Assembly (NCBI RefSeq): GCF_934525195.1
Contig: NZ_CAKSZA010000001.1
Coordinates: 64,952 to 128,951, forward strand
Origin: an uncultured Eubacterium sp.
GTDB lineage: Bacteria > Bacillota > Clostridia > Oscillospirales > Acutalibacteraceae
Direction of reading: 5' to 3'
DNA length: 64,000 nucleotides
Shown: positions 47,530 through 55,319 of the stretch, piece after piece
Layout of the letters: each line of letters starts with the position of its first letter
Numbering within the stretch: position 1 is the stretch's first letter
The notes under the pieces: generated by a model
Told to the model about the DNA's origin: nothing
The model's input: only the letters and a program-made list of their open reading frames with translations
Databases searched by the model: none
Position numbers and translations under genes: made by a program

Positions 47530-47539
47530 ACCTGTGTTT

Positions 47540-48829
47540 TTATTCGATAGTAGCGTAGTATTTTCCATATACCCAAGACTTTGAGTTTGAAACAACAATT
47601 TCTATCGGATATTGATTTTTATCATTTTTCTTTGAAACATCACATTTCAAGGTGAGGTTTGAAGAATTGATATTTGCCTTCTTAGGGGCAAGGACGGTTA
47701 CGGTTGCACTGTCAATAGATTTGACCGCAAGTTTGTTACCCTGCTGTGCACCTTCAATAATTATATCGTCCTTATTTATTCTGACCTTATGCTCGGAATA
47801 AGAACTGCTGACAGTAACTTTTGCGGTTATCTTCTTTGTTCCGTCAAGAACAGAAATACCGTTCAAATTGGTTACATCAAATTCAAAATCGTGACTGCCG
47901 ACTGTTAAATCGCCAAAATAGATTGTGCCGACATTTGCGGTTGAAATATCAGCCGTTGAAAGAGCACCTGCATAAAGCTGATTTTTTGAATAAGAAACGC
48001 TGACAACATCTCTTGCAAGACCTGTTGGTTTGTCCTCAAATGTTGTTGTGACCGGCAAAGTGCAAGTTTGAAGCACAGGTACGGTAACCGAAAGCGAATT
48101 AATCGGTGTGTTCGGGTCTGTTCTGTTTGTTATTGTGATATAACTTGTTTCAACACCGTTGCCGTCAAGTTTGAGGTCGCAATCCTGGGTGAACGGCTCG
48201 GTGAGATTTATTCTGTCGCCAAAATCGACCTCACAATAAGCGTTGTCAATCTTATCAACATATGTTTTTGGACCTGAAACAACAATCTTATCCTCGCTGA
48301 GAACAGGAGTGCCGAAAACATAGCCGTCTGCCACCTTGTCCCTGTCGAACTTGACATCAACATCAAAGGTCTTGGTTTTGTTGACATCAAAATAGCCCTC
48401 AATCGAGCTTGGATAAACCGATTCAACAGTATAATCAAGTCGCTTTGATTTATTGGTTACGCGGATAGGAATTGACTGATTGCCGGTTCTGTTAACCGCC
48501 GAAGTGTCAAAAGTGATGTTCAAATCATCAGCAGTAACCTGACCGATAACGTATTTTTGACCCGACAAAGTGATGCTCAAATCAACAGAATTTTGAAGTG
48601 CATAATACTGCATACCGATACCCGAAAGCTTACCGCTGAGTTCGATAGGAGCAGTCACTTTGATTGTTTTTGTGTCATCCGCACCGACGCTGAGCGACGA
48701 GCCTATCCACACGATAACAGCCAAGAATATTGACAAAACAATAAGATACTTATCATTATATACAAGATCTGAAAAGGAAAACTTTGATTTTTCTTTTTTT
48801 ACTGTATCGGAAGTGTTATTTTTGCTCAT
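47540..48829 (-). CDS. cdaR: YbbR-domain protein CdaR (regulator of CdaA)
   Basis: N-terminal TM segment and repeated beta-rich YbbR-like modules; overlaps the cdaA stop. Confidence 0.8.
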   Translation of the reverse strand: MSKNNTSDTVKKEKSKFSFSDLVYNDKYLIVLSIFLAVIVWIGSSLSVGADDTKTIKVTAPIELSGKLSGIGMQYYALQNSVDLSITLSGQKYVIGQVTADDLNITFDTSAVNRTGNQSIPIRVTNKSKRLDYTVESVYPSSIEGYFDVNKTKTFDVDVKFDRDKVADGYVFGTPVLSEDKIVVSGPKTYVDKIDNAYCEVDFGDRINLTEPFTQDCDLKLDGNGVETSYITITNRTDPNTPINSLSVTVPVLQTCTLPVTTTFEDKPTGLARDVVSVSYSKNQLYAGALSTADISTANVGTIYFGDLTVGSHDFEFDVTNLNGISVLDGTKKITAKVTVSSSYSEHKVRINKDDIIIEGAQQGNKLAVKSIDSATVTVLAPKKANINSSNLTLKCDVSKKNDKNQYPIEIVVSNSKSWVYGKYYATIE

Positions 48830-49758
48830 TACTTAAACCTCCTTTTCAGCTTAGAAATAATCTTGTCATCCGAGGAGAAACTGTCAGGGATGTACTGCTG
48901 AGTCAAAATATCACGCATATCGCCTGTTGAAATATCACGGCGAAGTGTACCGTTGATAGCACAACTGATTTCGCCTCTTTCCTCGCTCACAACAAAAACG
49001 ATGGCATCACTCTGCTCGCTCAAACCGAGTGCGGCTCTGTGACGGGTTCCGAGTTGAGAGGAAAGATTATTATTCTTTGTAAGCGGCAAAATACAGCCTG
49101 CCGCATAAATCCTATTGCCTCTGATAACCATTGCTCCGTCGTGAAGCGGTGACTTCGGATAAAAGATATTGCCGATGATTTCCTTTGACGGAGTGGCGTC
49201 AACAACCGTGCCCGAAGCGATAATGTCGCCCAACAGCGTTTCGTTTTCGAACACGATGAGTGCGCCGATTTTTGCATCAGCCATTTCTGCACAGGATTTG
49301 CAGGTTGCGTCAATGGTTTGCTTCATTTCGGCAACATCAATGGCAACGCCCGAATTGAACAGCCCTTTGATAAAATTGGTTGCCTTGCCCTTGCCGACTT
49401 GCTCCAAAATCTTGCGAATTTCGGGTCCGAACAGTATAACAAGAATAATGAGAATGTTATTGAAAATCATCCTCATAATATAACTTGAAGCACCCATTCC
49501 GAGGAAAGTTACAACAAGATAAACAATAGTCAAAAGCAAAAAGCCCTTGATGAGTTGCATTGCCCTTGTTTCTCGCAGAACTCTGACAACAAGGTAAATG
49601 ACAATGGCAACAAAAAGTATATCGACAACATCAATTATACCAAAGGTGCGGAAAAGCCCCTTGATTTGAGAAAAGAAATCTATAATTGAATTGCCGAGGT
49701 TTTTAAAATATCTAAATCTAAATTGAATAGTTAAATCAAACAGTGGCATTTTTTTCAT
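48829..49758 (-). CDS. cdaA: Diadenylate cyclase CdaA
   Basis: 3 N-terminal TM segments, with DGAMVI and RHRAALGLSE...VSEERG DAC-domain motifs. Confidence 0.92.
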   Translation of the reverse strand: MKKMPLFDLTIQFRFRYFKNLGNSIIDFFSQIKGLFRTFGIIDVVDILFVAIVIYLVVRVLRETRAMQLIKGFLLLTIVYLVVTFLGMGASSYIMRMIFNNILIILVILFGPEIRKILEQVGKGKATNFIKGLFNSGVAIDVAEMKQTIDATCKSCAEMADAKIGALIVFENETLLGDIIASGTVVDATPSKEIIGNIFYPKSPLHDGAMVIRGNRIYAAGCILPLTKNNNLSSQLGTRHRAALGLSEQSDAIVFVVSEERGEISCAINGTLRRDISTGDMRDILTQQYIPDSFSSDDKIISKLKRRFK

Positions 49759-49827
49759 TCCTATAAATTAAGTTACATATATAATACCACACATCACACG
49801 ATAAATAAAGTAGATTTAAGTCTAAAT

Positions 49828-50958
49828 TCACAACTTTTTTACAACATTAACAAGTGCGTCACAATCATAAAACGTGTTGAATGCACCAAAGCTCACACGA
49901 ACCGTGCCACGGTCGGCAGTTCCGAAATGCTTGTGTGCAAGCGGTGTGCAATGAAAGCCCGCCCTTGTGCAAATATTGTTTTTTGCAAGGATTGAAGCGG
50001 TTTTTTCGCTTGAATAATCCGCAAAATTGAAAGATATAATCGGCATAGTTTTGTTCTTTTCGGGAAACGGAGTGTAAAGTTTTACTCCATCAATGCCGTC
50101 GAGTACGGTATAAGTGTGGCGAGCAAGCGACAACTCGTGAGAATAAATCGCATCCGTGCCGTAGGTATTAATATAATCTATGCCCTTGCCAAGGGAAATT
50201 ATACCCGAATTGTTAAGCGTTCCCGATTCAAGTCTGTCGGGCAAAAATTCAGGTTGCTTGAGCGACATAGAGTTACTGCCCGTGCCACCCTCCTCGACAG
50301 TTGAAAGTTGAACACCGTCTTTTACGGCAATGAAGCCCGTGCCCATTGCACCGAACAGGCACTTATGCCCCGGAGCACAAAGAATGTCGATATTATCTCT
50401 TTTTGCATTTATATCCGCAACCCCGGCACCCTGTGCCCCGTCAACAATAAATCTTACGCCGTGAGTTTTGCACATATTGCCGATTTTTGCAACAGGAAAT
50501 GTCACGCCGAAAGCGTTGCTTGAGTGCATACAAACAACAACGGTTGTATTAGGTTTTATGAGATTTTCAAAATTTTTGACCGTTTCGTCATCATCAAACG
50601 AATAGCGTGCAATATCATATTCAATCATACCGTCATCAAACAATTTTTCGGCAACACGGCTAACGGAATTATGCTCAAGGGAAGAAATAATGATGTGGTC
50701 ACCCTGCTTGACGCTCCCCTTAATTGCCATATTGAGAGCCTCGGTGCAGTTTTTTGTAAAAGCCACATTTTGCGCCTCGAAGCCGAACATATCGGCGACC
50801 TTTTCACGAACGGAATAAATCATCTCGCCTGCACGAATACTCTCCTTATATCCGCCTCTGCCGCTGTTGAACGAATACTTTTTTAACGCCAAAACGGCTG
50901 ACGCAAGAACCGAAGCGGGTTTTGGATAAGTTGTGGCGGCATTGTCAAAATAAATCAC
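49828..50958 (-). CDS. Class V aminotransferase-fold PLP enzyme (cysteine desulfurase / selenocysteine lyase-like)
   Basis: IYFDNAATTYPKP N-terminus, with PGHK (the PLP lysine) in the context CAPGHKCLFG. The GTG start at 50958 overlaps the upstream stop (GTGA). Confidence 0.8.
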   Translation of the reverse strand: MIYFDNAATTYPKPASVLASAVLALKKYSFNSGRGGYKESIRAGEMIYSVREKVADMFGFEAQNVAFTKNCTEALNMAIKGSVKQGDHIIISSLEHNSVSRVAEKLFDDGMIEYDIARYSFDDDETVKNFENLIKPNTTVVVCMHSSNAFGVTFPVAKIGNMCKTHGVRFIVDGAQGAGVADINAKRDNIDILCAPGHKCLFGAMGTGFIAVKDGVQLSTVEEGGTGSNSMSLKQPEFLPDRLESGTLNNSGIISLGKGIDYINTYGTDAIYSHELSLARHTYTVLDGIDGVKLYTPFPEKNKTMPIISFNFADYSSEKTASILAKNNICTRAGFHCTPLAHKHFGTADRGTVRVSFGAFNTFYDCDALVNVVKKL

Positions 50959-51173
50959 AGTTCCCTCACCCCAAGTATTCTTATTCCGTTTTGAGCAAGC
51001 AATCTCTTTGCCGTGTCGCAATCCGCATACTCAACGCCGATAACAAAACCGCAACCGTCACCGACAGCAGGATTTTCTATTCTTGACACAGTAGGCTTGA
51101 TGCCATAACGCCGAAGCAATTTTGAGCCTCGCTGTGCGTTGGTTACAGAGCCCACCTTAATTTCACATTTCAC
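50955..51173 (-). CDS. DUF3343-like small protein (putative S/Se carrier)
   Basis: GTG start at 51173 with a GAGGTG RBS; VKCEIKVGSVTNAQRGSKLL...GCGFVIGVEY...AKRLL. Translationally coupled to the PLP enzyme. Confidence 0.6.
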   Translation of the reverse strand: MKCEIKVGSVTNAQRGSKLLRRYGIKPTVSRIENPAVGDGCGFVIGVEYADCDTAKRLLAQNGIRILGVREL

Positions 51174-51261
51174 GAAATCACCTCGTTTACAAGTGTATAC
51201 ATATATTACATAGTATGCACAAAACAAGGTTTTTGCATCATATTAATTTTTGGCATAAAAA

Positions 51262-51290
51262 AGAGGCGAACACTCGCCTCTATAAAAACA
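51262..51290 (-). terminator. Hairpin terminator after the acidic-protein gene
   Basis: agaggcga/tcgcctct stem with flanking A- and T-runs. Confidence 0.55.
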
Positions 51291-51297
51291 CTTTATT

Positions 51298-51873
51298 TTA
51301 TACTATCATACCTGATTCCATCCAAGCCATAACGGACGGATACTCCTCTTTGTAGTCATCCAATCGTTCACTATTGGAATCAACAAAAGCCATAAATTCG
51401 TCCACATCATCAAAATCAAAGGTAAAGTCCTGAACAAAATCATAAGTTGCGGTGAAGAAATAATCGAACAAATCATCGGCTGAAAAACATTGAAGCAATT
51501 TATCCGCAACAATCTCGGTGACATAGTCAAGACCGTTTTTGATTTTCAAATCCTCGTCATCATCAAAGGTATCGATATTTTCATCTTCTTCGCAATAAGC
51601 AACAATATCTTCCTTGGAAATGCCGATTTGTGCAAGATAATCAACAACATCCTCAAAACCTGTTTCGTTGACTTCATCATAAAGACGGTATTCAAACTCG
51701 CCGATAAGATTTTGAATAGCCGTTGCCTTGAAAATATCGTCAATCTCGTGCCCCGGCTCATCGGTAATTACAAAGCCGTCTTGTTCAAATTCCGACCATA
51801 TAAGTTCATAAAGACGAGTGTACTTGTCTTTTTCCTCAAATATCGCCTCATGAATAAATGAATATAAATCCAT
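51298..51873 (-). CDS. Highly acidic cytoplasmic protein of unknown function
   Basis: 191 aa, roughly 30% Asp+Glu by eye, no TM segment or signal peptide; own RBS (GGAG) and terminator. Confidence 0.7.
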   Translation of the reverse strand: MDLYSFIHEAIFEEKDKYTRLYELIWSEFEQDGFVITDEPGHEIDDIFKATAIQNLIGEFEYRLYDEVNETGFEDVVDYLAQIGISKEDIVAYCEEDENIDTFDDDEDLKIKNGLDYVTEIVADKLLQCFSADDLFDYFFTATYDFVQDFTFDFDDVDEFMAFVDSNSERLDDYKEEYPSVMAWMESGMIV

Positions 51874-52005
51874 AGTTAACTCCTAACATCACATAAATCT
51901 TTAACTGTATTGTATATCATATTGCGTGCATTTTCAATATTGCATTATAGATTATTTTAAGTTATAATTAAAATATGTATATATTACTTAAATTAAGGTG
52001 AAATT

Positions 52006-52881
52006 ATGAAATACAAAATCACAAGCAACGAAGCCGAGGTTTGCGTTTTGCAAGACGGGGCAATGCTTACTTCTCTGCTCAAAAACGACACGGAATATCT
52101 TTGGCAGGGCGACGAAGAGCATTGGAGCGGTCAGGCACCAATCTGCTTTCCTATTGTCGGAATGTTACCTAACAACGAGGGCACGGCATTTGAAGAAAAG
52201 TGCGTAATGAAGCGCCACGGCATTGCAAGAATAAATCCGTTTGAACTCAAAGAGCAAATCAAAAATTCAATTACATTCATTCAAAAATCAAATGATACAA
52301 CCAAGGCGGCTTTTCCGTTTGACTACGAACTTGAAGTAAAGTACACACTTGTAGGCTCAACCGTAAGCGTTGAATATCTTGTTAAAAACACAGGCAAGAA
52401 AAAGATGCCGTTTGTTATCGGCGGTCACCCTGCATTCAACTGTCCGCTTGACAAAAACGAAAAATTTGAAGATTATAAGGTTAAATTTGACAAAGCACTC
52501 AAGGGCGGTTATCTCCGTCCCGACCATCACAGCGGACTGATAAACATTGAAAACCGATTTGATGATTTTAACGGCAAGTCTGAAATTGCGATGCGCCACG
52601 ACTTGTTTGAAGAAAAAGACGCTATGATATTTGACGGCATTGCGCCGAAATCTGCAACGCTTATCGGACCAAATGGCAAAGGTATAAAAATCGAATATCA
52701 GGATATGGCAAACCTGCTTATTTGGTCTGCATGCGGCAATGCCGACTTTGTTGCGCTTGAGCCGTGGACAGGAATTTCCAACTGCTCCGACGAAACAAAC
52801 GAGATTGAAAAAAAGCGTGGAATGACAATACTTGAACCGAACGAACAGGCAGGATTCAAGTATAAAATTACAATGATATAA
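52006..52881 (+). CDS. Aldose 1-epimerase family protein (LacX-like)
   Basis: 291 aa; PICFPIVG, GGHPAFN and EPWTG blocks. Confidence 0.85.
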   Translation: MKYKITSNEAEVCVLQDGAMLTSLLKNDTEYLWQGDEEHWSGQAPICFPIVGMLPNNEGTAFEEKCVMKRHGIARINPFELKEQIKNSITFIQKSNDTTKAAFPFDYELEVKYTLVGSTVSVEYLVKNTGKKKMPFVIGGHPAFNCPLDKNEKFEDYKVKFDKALKGGYLRPDHHSGLINIENRFDDFNGKSEIAMRHDLFEEKDAMIFDGIAPKSATLIGPNGKGIKIEYQDMANLLIWSACGNADFVALEPWTGISNCSDETNEIEKKRGMTILEPNEQAGFKYKITMI

Positions 52882-52894
52882 CCGAGGGTAAAAA

Positions 52895-54847
52895 ATGAAT
52901 TACGGAATGTTTAGAGTAGCTTCGGCAAGCCTCAAATTGAAAGTGGCAAACCCAAGCTACAACAAAGTTGAAATCAAAAAAGCAATTTACGATGCAGAGA
53001 AACAAGGTGTGCGACTTCTTGTAACTCCCGAACTTTCAATAACAGGATATTCCTGCGGAGATTTGTTCTTTACAAAATCACTCCTCAAAGCATCAAACGA
53101 AGCACTTTACGACATTGTTGAATACACAAAGGACAGAAACATTGTTGTGGTTGTGGGTGCTCCGTGGGCTATAAAGAACTCACTTTACAACTGCGCATTT
53201 GTAATTTATAAAGGTGAAATCTTGATGGCTGTGCCAAAAAAACATCTGCCAAACTACAACGAATTCTACGAAAAAAGATGGTTTGCAGAGCCTATGGAAG
53301 AGGGCTTCAGCGAATGGGTTAACGGAGAAGAACTCGGCTTTGATATTTCCACATCCAAGCTCATACAACTTGATGACGGAGTTACTATCGGAGTTGAATT
53401 GTGCGAAGATTTGTGGGTTACAAATCCGCCGTCAAACGAACTTGCTGTTGCGGGTGCAAACATCATAGTTAATCTTTCTGCAAGTGACGAATATGTTTCA
53501 AAGGCACAATACAGAAAGAAATTGATTGAAACGCAGTCTGCAAAATGTATCTGCGGATATATTTATGCCGGTGCAAGCATATACGAAAGCACGGCAGACC
53601 TTGTTTTTGGCGGAGCAACAATCATTGCGGAAAACGGAGCAATTCTTGCCGAGGGCAAGCGTTTCAGCCGTGAAAATGTAATCACCATTGCAGACATCGA
53701 CTGCGAAAAGCTCAACAATCTTCGACTTAAGGACACAAGTTTTGGCAACAAATCAATTAACGAATTTGAATGTATGGATATGACTTGTGATTTTTGCTTT
53801 GACAATGATGATGACGAAGATGACGAGCCTGAAATCAAATTAAATCCGGACAACGATATGAAGTTCAGATATATTGACCCTCACCCATTTGTTCCGAGCA
53901 ACAAAGATGAAGTGCGTGAAAGATGCGAAGAAATCTTTGCTATTCAGGCAAGCGGACTTGCAAGAAGGCTTGAACACATCAACTCAAAAGGCTGTGTAAT
54001 CGGAATAAGCGGTGGACTTGACAGCACACTTGCACTTCTTGTTGCGGTTGAGAGTATGAAAATGCTCGGTAAGCCTATGACAGACATCATCGGCATCACA
54101 ATGCCTGGCTTCGGCACAACCGACAGAACCTACAACAACGCCATTGAATTGATGAAGTCACTCGGCGTGACTATCAAGGAAATCAGCATAAAAGATGCTT
54201 GTATTCAGCACTTAAAGGATATTGAGCACAGCGAGGATGTGCACGACATTACATACGAAAACACACAGGCAAGAGAAAGAACGCAAATTCTTTTTGATAT
54301 GGCAAACAAGATGGGTTGCTTGCTTGTGGGCACGGGTGATTTGTCTGAACTTGCAATGGGTTGGTGCACATACAACGGCGACCATATGAGCATGTACGGA
54401 GTGAATGCTTCTGTGCCAAAAACACTTGTGAGATACCTTGTTGAATATGTTGCAAGCCAAAGTGACGAAAAGACAAAAAATATCTTGCTTGATGTACTCG
54501 ACACACCTGTTTCGCCTGAACTTCTGCCGCCTGACGAAAACGGAAAAATTGCTCAAAAGACGGAGGACAACATCGGTCCGTACGAATTGCACGACTTCTT
54601 CCTTTACAACTTCGTGAGATTCGGATTTACAAAAGAAAAACTCCAAAAACTTGCCGAAAAAGCATTTGACGGAGTTTATGACAGAAAGACAATCAGAAAG
54701 TGGCTTGATGTGTTTATGAGAAGATTTTTCATCAGCCAATTCAAGAGAAATTGTATTCCCGACGGACCAAAGGTCGGCTCGGTTTCGCTCTCCCCTCGTG
54801 GTGATTGGAGAATGCCGAGTGACGCAAGTTTTGACGATTTTATGTAA
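52895..54847 (+). CDS. nadE: Glutamine-dependent NAD+ synthetase
   Basis: N-terminal nitrilase-like domain (VELCEDLW), C-terminal synthetase domain with SGGLDS, 650 aa. Confidence 0.93.
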   Translation: MNYGMFRVASASLKLKVANPSYNKVEIKKAIYDAEKQGVRLLVTPELSITGYSCGDLFFTKSLLKASNEALYDIVEYTKDRNIVVVVGAPWAIKNSLYNCAFVIYKGEILMAVPKKHLPNYNEFYEKRWFAEPMEEGFSEWVNGEELGFDISTSKLIQLDDGVTIGVELCEDLWVTNPPSNELAVAGANIIVNLSASDEYVSKAQYRKKLIETQSAKCICGYIYAGASIYESTADLVFGGATIIAENGAILAEGKRFSRENVITIADIDCEKLNNLRLKDTSFGNKSINEFECMDMTCDFCFDNDDDEDDEPEIKLNPDNDMKFRYIDPHPFVPSNKDEVRERCEEIFAIQASGLARRLEHINSKGCVIGISGGLDSTLALLVAVESMKMLGKPMTDIIGITMPGFGTTDRTYNNAIELMKSLGVTIKEISIKDACIQHLKDIEHSEDVHDITYENTQARERTQILFDMANKMGCLLVGTGDLSELAMGWCTYNGDHMSMYGVNASVPKTLVRYLVEYVASQSDEKTKNILLDVLDTPVSPELLPPDENGKIAQKTEDNIGPYELHDFFLYNFVRFGFTKEKLQKLAEKAFDGVYDRKTIRKWLDVFMRRFFISQFKRNCIPDGPKVGSVSLSPRGDWRMPSDASFDDFM

Positions 54848-54887
54848 AAAAAGGCATTGCGGTCAAATGACTCGCAATGCCTTTTAT
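54846..54887. terminator. Bidirectional hairpin terminator
   Basis: aaggcattgcg/cgcaatgcctt 11-bp stem flanked by A7 and a T-run, between convergent genes. Confidence 0.75.
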
Positions 54888-54907
54888 ATAGGAGAAAATT
54901 ATTATAT

Positions 54908-55318
54908 TCAATACCATTTGTCAACCCAGCCGTCTTTATCGGTGTTGACTTTATTTTTTTCTGTTTTCGTGCCATTGTCGGCTGTTGTTTCGCTCAAATC
55001 CGTTGACGATTCAACCGTCGATGACGTCACTTCTGTTTTTTTATCAGGAACAACCGTTGTGCTGTCATTTGAGAAGTTAATATCATTATCGGCATCGGTT
55101 TTATTTAAATCGTTTTTTTCTGTTATACCGTTTTGCTCAATCGAAGCGGTTGAAACTTCACCGTCCGAAGCAAAATTTGAAGTTTGCTCCGTAACAGAAA
55201 CATCAACTTCGTTTTTGTTAAGAGAATCATTTTCTATGTCGGAAGCACCGTGTGAGCAAGCGGCAAACATCAAAGCACAAAGCAGAAATACAGCAAGCGG
55301 TAAAAATAATTTTTTCAC
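54908..55318 (-). CDS. Small lipoprotein, mostly low-complexity (S/T/D/N-rich), unknown function
   Basis: GTG start at 55318 with a perfect GAGGAGG RBS embedded in the end of the protease gene. Lipobox MFAAC; ends GWVDKWY. Confidence 0.6.
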   Translation of the reverse strand: MKKLFLPLAVFLLCALMFAACSHGASDIENDSLNKNEVDVSVTEQTSNFASDGEVSTASIEQNGITEKNDLNKTDADNDINFSNDSTTVVPDKKTEVTSSTVESSTDLSETTADNGTKTEKNKVNTDKDGWVDKWY

Positions 55319-55319
55319 G

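Noticed and set aside
53801-53835. An acidic run (DNDDDEDDEPE) inside NadE as a possible insertion or domain of interest.
   Set aside because: It sits in the linker between the glutaminase (nitrilase-like) and synthetase domains, which is variable in length. There is no evidence of independent function.
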